37,094 bases of DNA, from contig JAFVFA010000052.1 in assembly GCA_017475725.1 (NCBI GenBank), positions 1 to 37,094 of the forward strand, read 5' to 3'. Numbering within the stretch: position 1 is the first letter of the stretch; every line of letters begins with the position of its first letter. Shown piece after piece: positions 24,965 through 32,667 of this stretch. Origin of the DNA: Spirochaetales bacterium (GTDB lineage: Bacteria > Spirochaetota > Spirochaetia > Sphaerochaetales > Sphaerochaetaceae). The notes under the pieces were generated by a model. The model was not told where the DNA came from, ran no database searches, and saw nothing but the letters and a program-made list of their open reading frames with translations. The position numbers and the translations under genes were made by a program.

Positions 24965-25702
24965 GTGAATATCAATATCTCTGTTTCAACCACTCCTGTC
25001 GAGAACGGACGCAAGGCCGCTTTCAAGATCGCAGAACTGATCAGCAAGGCCATCAGGGAGAAGGGGTACGCCAGAATAGTCCTGTCGACCGGTGCAAGCC
25101 AGTTCGAGATGTTCGATGCCCTTGTCAAGCTTGACGTTGACTGGTCGAAGGTCGAGATGTTCCATCTTGACGAGTATGTGGCTCTTCCTGAGACCCATAT
25201 CGCCTCGTTCCGCAAGTACCTCAAGGAGAGGTTCGTCAATGTGGTGCATCCGAAGGCAGCCCATTTCGTCAACGGTGAGGGTGATGTGCAGAGGAACATC
25301 GCAGAGCTCACCAAGGAGCTCAGAAGCGATGACATCGACGTCGGCGTCATAGGGATAGGTGAGAACGGGCATATCGCATTCAATGACCCTCCTGCAGACT
25401 TCGATGCCACAGAGGCCTACAGGGTGGTAAATCTGGACCACAAGTGCCGCATGCAGCAGGTGGGTGAGGGCTGGTTCGCAACTGAGGACGATGTCCCTAA
25501 GCAGGCCATCTCCATGCTTCCAAGGCAGATCATGTCATGCAAGACCATAGTCTCCGTGGTACCGCATGCGGTGAAGGCCAAGGCTGTCTATGACACAATC
25601 ACGCAGAAGGTGAACAACATGGTTCCGGCAACGCTTCTGAAGACCCACCCGGAGTGGTACCTCTTCATAGATGATGAAGCCGCATCGTTGCTGATCAAGT
25701 GA
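24965..25702 (+). CDS. nagB: Glucosamine-6-phosphate deaminase / 6-phosphogluconolactonase-family protein
   Basis: Motifs RIVLSTGASQFEMFDALV, VEMFHLDEYV and GIGENGHIAFNDPPADF match NagB. I prefer the GTG at 24965 because GTGAGG lies 6 nt upstream and it follows the nagA stop. In-frame ATGs at 24932 and 24944 would overlap nagA. Confidence 0.8.
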   Translation: MNINISVSTTPVENGRKAAFKIAELISKAIREKGYARIVLSTGASQFEMFDALVKLDVDWSKVEMFHLDEYVALPETHIASFRKYLKERFVNVVHPKAAHFVNGEGDVQRNIAELTKELRSDDIDVGVIGIGENGHIAFNDPPADFDATEAYRVVNLDHKCRMQQVGEGWFATEDDVPKQAISMLPRQIMSCKTIVSVVPHAVKAKAVYDTITQKVNNMVPATLLKTHPEWYLFIDDEAASLLIK

Positions 25703-25710
25703 GCTGAAAT

Positions 25711-25806
25711 CGAGAAACTCGCTCATTTTTTGTGATGAAACTTCAAAAACTCGCTCATTTTTCGTGATGAAACATCGAAAACTCGCTCATTTTTTGTGAT
25801 GAGTCT
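25711..25806. repeat. Three tandem 32-bp repeats (consensus ATCGAAAACTCGCTCATTTTTTGTGATGAAAC) upstream of ATPase gene 2
   Basis: The CTCGCTCAT cores start at 25718, 25750 and 25782, an exact 32-bp period. The copies differ at only a few positions. The array ends about 45 nt before the ATG at 25852. Confidence 0.9.
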
Positions 25807-25851
25807 TGACTTATTTGATTTGTTAAATGAAAATAGAGCGAGGAGAGTTTC

Positions 25852-27183
25852 ATGTATCTTAAACGCAAGATTGATTCGTATCTGGCAGAATGGAAAAAGG
25901 ACCCGGATAGAAAACCGCTGATTGTCAAAGGCGCGCGACAGATAGGGAAGACCAGATCCATAGAGATGTTCGCTGAGAATAACTATTCTCACGTGGTCTA
26001 TATCAATTTTGTCCTGGAGCCTAAATACAAGAGCATCATCTCCGATGGATACGATGTTAACTCGATTGTACGGAACATCAGCCTTCTGGATCCTTCAAAG
26101 GTATTCATGGAAGGACATACCCTGCTTGTCTTTGACGAGATTCAGGATTGCCCGGATATAGCAACCACATTGAAATCTTTCTGTCTTGACAGGCGGTATG
26201 ATGTGATCTGCTCCGGTTCAATGCTTGGGATCAACTATAAGAAGATCCACAGCAACAGTGTGGGCTTCAAGACCGATTATGAGATGCATTCCCTCGATTT
26301 CGAGGAGTTCCTTTGGGCTAGAGGACGCAATGAGGCTGCCGATGATATTCTGACCCATATGGTCAACTATGTTCCGTTCTCTGACGTTGAAATGAAGGTT
26401 TACAAGGACCTGCTGCTGGAATATGCAGTGATCGGTGGAATGCCTGCCGTGGTCAGCGGCTTCATTCAGAGACAGAGTTATGAAGGTTCTTTGGAGACCC
26501 AAGGACAGATTGTTCTGGATTATGAGGAGGATATCCGGAAGTACGTGACTGGTCTTGAACAGACCAAGATAATCAACGTTTTCAGGAGTATCCCGGCGCA
26601 GCTTGCAAAGGAGAACAAGAAGTTCCAGTTCTCGGTTGTATCCAGCAAGGCCAGAAGCAGGGAATACTCCGGTTGCATCGATTGGCTGGTTGATTCCGGC
26701 ATTGTGAACATATGCTATTGCATGGGGTTCCCTGAGTTGCCTATCAAGGGAAATGTGGACTACAGCAAGTTCAAGCTCTATTATTCTGACTCCGGTCTTC
26801 TTGTGTCCCAGCTGGATGAGGAAGCCCAGTATGATATAAGGGCAAACAGGAATCTGGGCACCTACAAAGGTGCTCTGTATGAGAACCTCGTTTCAGAAGC
26901 ATTCGTCAAACAGAATCTTCCTACTGTGTATTACAAACGTGATGACTCGACACTTGAAGAAGATTTCTTTGTCAGAACACCAGATGAGCTGATCCCTGTT
27001 GAAGTGAAGGCGAACAACAACAATTCAAAATCCATGCGTACCCTGATACAGTCGAATCACTATCCTGAAATTCACAGAGGCATGAAGTTCTCTGATGCCA
27101 ATGTCGGGAATGAGAACAGCATCATGACGTTTCCGCTTTTCTGTGCATTCCAGACCAAGAGGTTCCTTTCAATGTTGAAGTGA
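25852..27183 (+). CDS. Orphan ATP-binding protein, AAA_14 ATPase + DUF4143 (PD-(D/E)xK-like) domain
   Basis: The N-terminus is YLKRKIDSYLAEWKKDPDRKPLIVKGARQIGKTRSIEMF (Walker A) and LLVFDEIQ is Walker B. The C-terminal EEDFFVRTPDELIPVEVKANNN is the conserved DUF4143 E/D...P(V/I)EVK core. An AGGAGAG RBS lies 5 nt upstream. Confidence 0.85.
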   Translation: MYLKRKIDSYLAEWKKDPDRKPLIVKGARQIGKTRSIEMFAENNYSHVVYINFVLEPKYKSIISDGYDVNSIVRNISLLDPSKVFMEGHTLLVFDEIQDCPDIATTLKSFCLDRRYDVICSGSMLGINYKKIHSNSVGFKTDYEMHSLDFEEFLWARGRNEAADDILTHMVNYVPFSDVEMKVYKDLLLEYAVIGGMPAVVSGFIQRQSYEGSLETQGQIVLDYEEDIRKYVTGLEQTKIINVFRSIPAQLAKENKKFQFSVVSSKARSREYSGCIDWLVDSGIVNICYCMGFPELPIKGNVDYSKFKLYYSDSGLLVSQLDEEAQYDIRANRNLGTYKGALYENLVSEAFVKQNLPTVYYKRDDSTLEEDFFVRTPDELIPVEVKANNNNSKSMRTLIQSNHYPEIHRGMKFSDANVGNENSIMTFPLFCAFQTKRFLSMLK

Positions 27184-27188
27184 TGCTA

Positions 27189-27440
27189 TTATGTGGGATT
27201 GGAATTGACCTGCCACCAGCCCGACTTGTTCGGGCCGATGCGGGTCAATCTGTTCTCCTGCTTCAGCTTGGCGATCGCTCTCTCCACCTGCCTTTGAGAG
27301 ATGCCGATTGCTGCTGAGAGTTCTTTTGCAGTCATATGAGGATTGGTCCTCAGACAATTGATTATCTGCTCATTTATTCCGACATTTATTCCGACATTTA
27401 TTCCGACATTATCTTCGACCACTGATTTGATGAGCTTCAA
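27189..27440 (-). CDS. Small winged-HTH protein (83 aa), resembling the C-terminal DNA-binding tail of Schlafen/AlbA_2-type regulators
   Basis: (VGIN)x3 is followed by EQIINCLRTNPHMTAKELSAAIGISQRQVERAIAKLKQENRLTRIGPNKSGWWQV. This mirrors the short-repeat + wHTH tail I know from long AlbA_2/HATPase-type 'putative DNA-binding' proteins. It may be a remnant or a stand-alone gene. Confidence 0.55.
   Translation of the reverse strand: MKLIKSVVEDNVGINVGINVGINEQIINCLRTNPHMTAKELSAAIGISQRQVERAIAKLKQENRLTRIGPNKSGWWQVNSNPT
27372..27410. repeat. In-frame 12-bp tandem repeat ATTTATTCCGAC x3.25 (encodes VGIN repeats on the minus strand)
   Basis: Perfect copies lie at 27372-27383, 27384-27395 and 27396-27407, followed by the partial ATT. 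Confidence 0.9.
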
Positions 27441-27496
27441 AACGGAGGCGAGTATCGATCATCCATGGAAACCATTATACATGGTTTTCCTTCTTA

Positions 27497-28489
27497 TCAG
27501 AAGAAGAACTGGAACATGACGTAGGCCGCGTAGACAATCAGCAGGACTATGCCCTGGTACCTTCTGAGCTTCTTCGTCAGCAGGGCCGGCACCGTCATGA
27601 AGGCCATGACGAAGAACATCAGCGGCACGTCCACGACCAGCGATGCGTTCATGCCTCCTATCAGCTTGTCTGCAGGGATCGTAAACGGATTGATGGTCAT
27701 TGCCATTCCGCTTACAAGGACAAGGTTGAACAGGTTGGCTCCCACTATGTTTCCGAGAGACAGGGATGAATGTCCCTTGACCAGTGAGGTTATTGCGGTG
27801 ACAAGCTCAGGCAGTGATGTGCCGAGTGCGATGAAGGTCAATGCTATGACCGACTCCGGGACTCCGAGTCCGGCTGCGATGATCTTCCCGTTGTCAACCA
27901 GAAGGTTTGCGCCGAGTGCAATGACTCCTGCCCCAAGGATCAACAGGACGATGTCCTTCCAGAGAGGCGAGTTCTTCTCCTTCTCCTCGTCTTTCTCGAC
28001 TTCAGCCTCAGCGGCATCGTCTATGGTCAGTCTGTTCTTCAAAGCCTGCCTGACGGTAAGTGTCATGTAGACCAGGAAGATGGCAAGGAGGATTATTCCG
28101 ATCAGTCTGCTGAATGTTCCTGTGGTGTAGGCAACCCCCGCATAGAGAATGGCTGCTCCGAAGAAGAACATGACCGGGGTCCTGAATGTCTTTGTGTTGA
28201 CTTCGGCGACGGACTTTGCTGAGATTGTGATTGCGCAGATCAGTGCTGTGTTGCAGATTATGGATCCGATTGCATTCCCGTATGCTGTCTGGCTCTGTCC
28301 GACTGCGGCCGCAATGGAAGAGACCATGACTTCAGGTATTGTGGTTCCGATGGAGACGACTGTGGCCCCGATCAGAATCTCCGGAATGTGGTAGCGATGG
28401 GCTACGCCCACAGCACCGTCAACGAACCAATCGCCGCCCTTGATCAGAAGGACAAGCCCGACTGCGAACAGTAATACTGCTTTGATCAT
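27497..28489 (-). CDS. CaCA-family cation/Ca2+ antiporter (YrbG-like)
   Basis: The 330-aa product is polytopic. It carries the two alpha-repeat signatures GATVVSIGTTIPE and FIALGTSLPELVTAI. It is the last gene of the minus-strand GRE operon, 32 nt after the upstream stop. Confidence 0.85.
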   Translation of the reverse strand: MIKAVLLFAVGLVLLIKGGDWFVDGAVGVAHRYHIPEILIGATVVSIGTTIPEVMVSSIAAAVGQSQTAYGNAIGSIICNTALICAITISAKSVAEVNTKTFRTPVMFFFGAAILYAGVAYTTGTFSRLIGIILLAIFLVYMTLTVRQALKNRLTIDDAAEAEVEKDEEKEKNSPLWKDIVLLILGAGVIALGANLLVDNGKIIAAGLGVPESVIALTFIALGTSLPELVTAITSLVKGHSSLSLGNIVGANLFNLVLVSGMAMTINPFTIPADKLIGGMNASLVVDVPLMFFVMAFMTVPALLTKKLRRYQGIVLLIVYAAYVMFQFFF

Positions 28490-28521
28490 GTGAGACTCCC
28501 TTTTTGTGTGTATTTTGCCTT

Positions 28522-29544
28522 TCAGAGAGGAATTCTAACACCATTGCGCGATGATGAATAGAGACCCAGAATCACAGAAAGCGGAATTCTGCCCTGATCT
28601 CCATCGATGAGCAGAGGCTTCCCGTACATGTAATGGTCCCTGATGTTCTCGAACTCCCTCCTGTGGTATTCGGTGTTTATCCCCCTGGGGTCCGCGGAGG
28701 CTGATCCTCCCGTGGTGCTCTGCCCGCTGACAGGGCATGGGGAGGGCAGGGCCCAGAGACTTATGGAGTCGTCTTCAAGTATGACGGTGCCTTTCTCCCC
28801 GCAGATTATGAACTTCTTCGCGAATGACGGTGTGGAGCAGACGGTCGCATCTATGGAACCGACTGACCCGTTCTCGAACTCGACCGCGGCGACTGCAGTG
28901 TCCTCCACCTCTATGTCCCTGAGCCTGGTTGTTGCATAGCCCATGACGGATTTGGGTCTTCCCATTATGTAGCAGAGAACGTCGATGCCGTGGATGCCCT
29001 GGTTCATCAGGACTCCGCCTCCATCGTATTTGACAGTTCCGCGCCAATCGGCCTGGTCATAGTAGGACTGGGGTCTTGAATAGCGCATCATCAGCTGGGC
29101 GGAGACCATCTTCCCGAACTCGTTGTTCTCAACGGCTCTGCGGATGGCCTGCACGGAATCGGAGAACCTGGTCTGTGAGATCACGCACAGGGCAAGCCCC
29201 TTTTCCTTTGCAAGGGCAATGAGCTCATCCGCCTCTTCAAGGGAAAGGCACATCGGTTTCTCCACAACAACGTTCCTGTTATGGAACAAAGCCTGTTTTG
29301 CGGCCTCGTAATGATTTCCAGAAGGTGAGCATATTGTAACGAAATTGATTCTTTCATCCGATAAGAGGTCATCAATTGAAGGTTTTGCCTCTATGTTGAA
29401 CTTCTCTGCCAGCTTCTGTGCGCTGCTGTAGGATGCGGATGTGCAGGAAACCAGTTCACAGCCGTCCACCTGCCTTATCACTTCGGCATGGTAGTAGCCG
29501 ATCATTCCGAATCCGATGATTCCGAATCTCAGTTTCCTGTCCAT
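28522..29544 (-). CDS. Gfo/Idh/MocA-family NAD(P)-dependent oxidoreductase
   Basis: The N-terminus is a Rossmann fold, LRFGIIGFGMIGYYHAEVI. The motifs ...EKPMCLSLEEADELI.. and a C-terminal alpha/beta dimerisation domain follow. The start overlaps the upstream gene by 16 nt. Confidence 0.85.
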   Translation of the reverse strand: MDRKLRFGIIGFGMIGYYHAEVIRQVDGCELVSCTSASYSSAQKLAEKFNIEAKPSIDDLLSDERINFVTICSPSGNHYEAAKQALFHNRNVVVEKPMCLSLEEADELIALAKEKGLALCVISQTRFSDSVQAIRRAVENNEFGKMVSAQLMMRYSRPQSYYDQADWRGTVKYDGGGVLMNQGIHGIDVLCYIMGRPKSVMGYATTRLRDIEVEDTAVAAVEFENGSVGSIDATVCSTPSFAKKFIICGEKGTVILEDDSISLWALPSPCPVSGQSTTGGSASADPRGINTEYHRREFENIRDHYMYGKPLLIDGDQGRIPLSVILGLYSSSRNGVRIPL

Positions 29545-30767
29545 CTGTTCTCCTTGTTGACATCAAGTATAACACCATCTGCCTTGAGGGTGGACCTGAG
29601 TTTTCTGACATCCAGGTTCCGGACTGTGGTGCCTTCCTCTATCAGCTGTGATGCGGCAGTGCCTGCGGCCTGTCCTGTTGCACTTGCCTGCGGAATGCAT
29701 CTGATTATCTCCCAAGCCTCTCCTGAGACGCTTATGCAGCGTCCTGCGCAGAGGACGTTCTCCAGATGATCGTTGAAAAGCGTCCTGTACGGGATCTCGT
29801 ACACCGGTCCTGGTCTCCTCCAGTCTCCGGTCCCCGCTATGTTGTCGTCAAAGTGCATGTTCGCATCCCTGTCGGACAGCTCGTAGGCCCCTTCTATCCT
29901 TCTGGCCATCCTGATGTCGGCCATGCCTGGAAGGGAGGCGGGCTCAAGGGTCGGGTTTCTCTTCATCTCAGAGAGAAGGCTGGAGTGGGAATCCTTTATG
30001 AACCTGTCCACGTCTTCCGCACTGTCTCCGTAGTATGGGACGTTGACGATGTGCTTCCTGGCCTTTGTGTCTATCCTGCCCATGCTGATCAGCCTTATGC
30101 CGGGTGCATCCCGTCCTCCGCGGTTCTGGTTTATGCAACTGCCGTCATCTGCAGGTCCTTCAGAGTCTGTCGCATAGAACCAGATTGAAAGGCTGTTCTT
30201 TGCAGCTATGCATCTGGAGCCGTTTCTGAAGAACAGATCCGCATCTCCGGAGGCGTCGACAACTGCTTTGGCTGCATAGAGGGATCTTCCGCTCTTGTTC
30301 TCCACAAAGACACCTTTACAGATGCCTCCATGCATGAGGCCTCCGACGAACAGGCTGTCATAGAGGATCTCCACTCCTTCTGTGACAAGCAGCTCCTCAA
30401 GGGCAAGGGAGAAGGCGGGGCCGTTGAATTTGCACTCGTACCTTCTTCCTTCCTCCTTCCATGTCCTGATGTCGGTACCATGGTAGGCGTATTTTGTGGA
30501 GAGCTTCAGAAGCTCCTCACTGATTCCTCCTATCACCTGGCGGCCATAGCCGTCGTCAAGGGGTAGGTAGATCGTTATGTGTCCTGTTGTGGCAAGACCG
30601 CCAAGGACCGTGAGCTTCTCTATCAGCAGGACACTTCTTCCATGTCTCCTTGCTGCGATGGCAGCACTGCAACCTGCAATGCCTCCACCGATGACTATGA
30701 CGTCGAAGGAGCCCTTCGTCCTTGATGGGTCCTCCGGCTTGCCTGTGTATCTCTCGTTCTCATTCAT
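29529..30767 (-). CDS. FAD-dependent oxidoreductase (FAD_oxidored / PF12831-like)
   Basis: The dinucleotide fold is FDVIVIGGGIAGCSAAIAARRHGRSVLLIEK. The length and the C-terminal ...ASATGQAAGTAA... motif are typical of this glycan-locus-associated flavoprotein family. Confidence 0.75.
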   Translation of the reverse strand: MNENERYTGKPEDPSRTKGSFDVIVIGGGIAGCSAAIAARRHGRSVLLIEKLTVLGGLATTGHITIYLPLDDGYGRQVIGGISEELLKLSTKYAYHGTDIRTWKEEGRRYECKFNGPAFSLALEELLVTEGVEILYDSLFVGGLMHGGICKGVFVENKSGRSLYAAKAVVDASGDADLFFRNGSRCIAAKNSLSIWFYATDSEGPADDGSCINQNRGGRDAPGIRLISMGRIDTKARKHIVNVPYYGDSAEDVDRFIKDSHSSLLSEMKRNPTLEPASLPGMADIRMARRIEGAYELSDRDANMHFDDNIAGTGDWRRPGPVYEIPYRTLFNDHLENVLCAGRCISVSGEAWEIIRCIPQASATGQAAGTAASQLIEEGTTVRNLDVRKLRSTLKADGVILDVNKENRWTGN

Positions 30768-30773
30768 GGTCTT

Positions 30774-31862
30774 CTAGTTCTCAGGGCCAAAGCAGCGGAA
30801 CATCTCAATGGTGCTGCCGCTGTAGGCTGATATGGAGTAGTCCCCGGATGCGGCAGGGACGAAGAACTGGTCTCCTCCTCGGATCGGGATCTCCCGGTCA
30901 CTGGTGATCATCCTGCCTCTTCCTCCAAGGATGTATATGCCGCAGAATATGCCGTCAGACTTCAGGTCGCACCTTCCGGTCACATTGATCCGCTCCATCC
31001 TGAAACAGCTGGTGTTCTCGTAGCCTATGATCTGGCTGCGCACGAACCCGTCTGTCCTTTCGAGGATGGTCGGCTGGATCTTCCATTTCTCCATGGCCTG
31101 GTCCAGTGTGTATCCGTTGTAGTCGAAGCAGTCGAACATCCTCTCGAATCCCAGACCCTGGTGGCAACCCATGTCTGCAACCTTCAGACCTTTTGGTGTG
31201 GTCCGCTCGACCCTGATGGTGTAGTCGGTGGGTTCCTGTATCTCAACCAGAAGGCAGCCTGTGCCTATGGCATGCGGGACACCCCCGTTTATCAGCCAGG
31301 TGTCCCCGGGTTTGACCTCTATGTGATGCATGTGGCCAAGGAGGGCAGGGATGTCCTGCTCATCGAAGCAGCGCTTCCATTCCTCTCTGGTTATGCCGGG
31401 TTTGAAACCCATGTATATGCTGGGGGCCTCGCCGTCTATGGTTCTGCCTCCCAGCACATACCAGCATTCAGTCTTGCCGAACTTGGAGTTGAACAGGGAC
31501 AGCGCCTTCTCCTTGTTTGGATGGACCTGCACCGTCAGCCTCTCGGCGGCGTCTATGACCTTGACCAGAACACCGGTGGTCGCACCGATGTTTCTGGCAT
31601 GCCTTGTTCCAAGGGCTTTTTCGGGATCGGACTCGATGTAGTCCTTCAGGGACACTGACTTGTCATCGTCAAGGAAGCAGATCCCCTCGATGATGTCCTC
31701 CCTGCCTGCGTTTCTGGCCACAACAGTGGACATTATCCACTCCTCAGGGAACTGGGTGTCCCTGCTGTCCTGTATGCCGTGGATCCTGTCAATCAGGCTT
31801 CCGCCTGTGTAGGTTCTCCAGGCCCTTCCCGATGTGAGCTTAAGTGGAACGTCGTATCTCAT
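30774..31862 (-). CDS. Type I phosphomannose-isomerase-like cupin (sugar/sugar-phosphate isomerase)
   Basis: Metal and cupin motifs LTVQVHPNKEKA, GKTECWYVLG and GGVPHAIGTG match class I PMI of the Firmicutes ManA/Pmi type. Confidence 0.75.
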   Translation of the reverse strand: MRYDVPLKLTSGRAWRTYTGGSLIDRIHGIQDSRDTQFPEEWIMSTVVARNAGREDIIEGICFLDDDKSVSLKDYIESDPEKALGTRHARNIGATTGVLVKVIDAAERLTVQVHPNKEKALSLFNSKFGKTECWYVLGGRTIDGEAPSIYMGFKPGITREEWKRCFDEQDIPALLGHMHHIEVKPGDTWLINGGVPHAIGTGCLLVEIQEPTDYTIRVERTTPKGLKVADMGCHQGLGFERMFDCFDYNGYTLDQAMEKWKIQPTILERTDGFVRSQIIGYENTSCFRMERINVTGRCDLKSDGIFCGIYILGGRGRMITSDREIPIRGGDQFFVPAASGDYSISAYSGSTIEMFRCFGPEN

Positions 31863-31864
31863 TG

Positions 31865-32656
31865 TCAGCCGATTCTCTCTCCCTTGGAGTTGAAGTCGGC
31901 GTGTTTGCCTGTTGGGATGTGCGAGGCATCAAGTCTCTTGAGGGCAAGGTCGTTGTCCGGATAGAAGTCTATCCAGAGGTAGTGGCAGTGCTCGCCTTCC
32001 TTGACGTCAACTCCGTGCATCGATCCAAGTGGGATGTAGAGCAGCTCCGAACCTGACATGTGGACGGGTTCGAAGTCGATCAGGACGTCCATCTCGTTCT
32101 CCGGGAAAGAGAAGAAGTACTGGTCAAGCATCGGGTGGTCATGCGACTTGACTGCATCGACTCCATATGTCTCGACAGAACCGTAGGCGAAACGTGGAAT
32201 CTTCCTCTGGTCAACGCAGCTTCTGCTGATGGTCTTGTCGCTCTTGTTCCTGTCCCTGTACTGCTTTGAGTTGCGGTAGATCTGGATGAGAGGGAACTGC
32301 GTCTTGTACTCTGCTGCCAGCTCGTCATCGCCCTCTCTGAAGTTCCATCTGATCTCAAGTATGTGTGCATCCGTCTTGGCCTTGATGGTGACGCTGCATT
32401 TTGGATCCGGGATGAGGGAGACTCTCTCGTGGAATGAGTACTCGTTGCCGTCAGTGTCGAACTCAACCTCTCCGATGAAGCAGATCAGGATATGGTAGAA
32501 GTCTCCGGGCTCGAGTGTGAGCTCAGTCCCCGCCATGATCGAGTGATGATAGGGTGTGGCACCGGGAATGCATCCCGGCAGCAGCACTGTTGTTCTGTTC
32601 TCTCTTGTTGTGACATCCAGTTTCTGGGTTGGTACGTCTCTCATATGTTCCTCCAT
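31865..32656 (-). CDS. Cupin-fold protein of unknown function (possible bicupin)
   Basis: A C-terminal cupin metal motif is present (SHDHPMLDQYFF...IPLGSMHGV). An N-terminal cupin-like half lacks clear His ligands. An alternative start at 32644 has GGAGGA 4 nt upstream. The stop lies 2 nt before the PMI-like start. Confidence 0.6.
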   Translation of the reverse strand: MEEHMRDVPTQKLDVTTRENRTTVLLPGCIPGATPYHHSIMAGTELTLEPGDFYHILICFIGEVEFDTDGNEYSFHERVSLIPDPKCSVTIKAKTDAHILEIRWNFREGDDELAAEYKTQFPLIQIYRNSKQYRDRNKSDKTISRSCVDQRKIPRFAYGSVETYGVDAVKSHDHPMLDQYFFSFPENEMDVLIDFEPVHMSGSELLYIPLGSMHGVDVKEGEHCHYLWIDFYPDNDLALKRLDASHIPTGKHADFNSKGERIG

Positions 32657-32667
32657 TTTACCGTTTT

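Noticed and set aside
23770-25441. Minus-strand ORFs 23770-24420, 24445-25410 (321 aa) and 24986-25441, antisense to nagA/nagB
   Set aside because: The plus-strand frames carry the complete NagA and NagB motif sets. The antisense products are compositionally biased and cross the nagA/nagB boundary.
25535-25992. Small minus-strand ORFs beginning or ending with MSEF... (25535-25726, 25723-25992, 25755-25961)
   Set aside because: The repeated M-S-E-F is simply the reverse complement of the 32-bp tandem repeat. The ORFs overlap each other, nagB and the 5' end of ATPase 2. They were treated as repeat artefacts, not genes.
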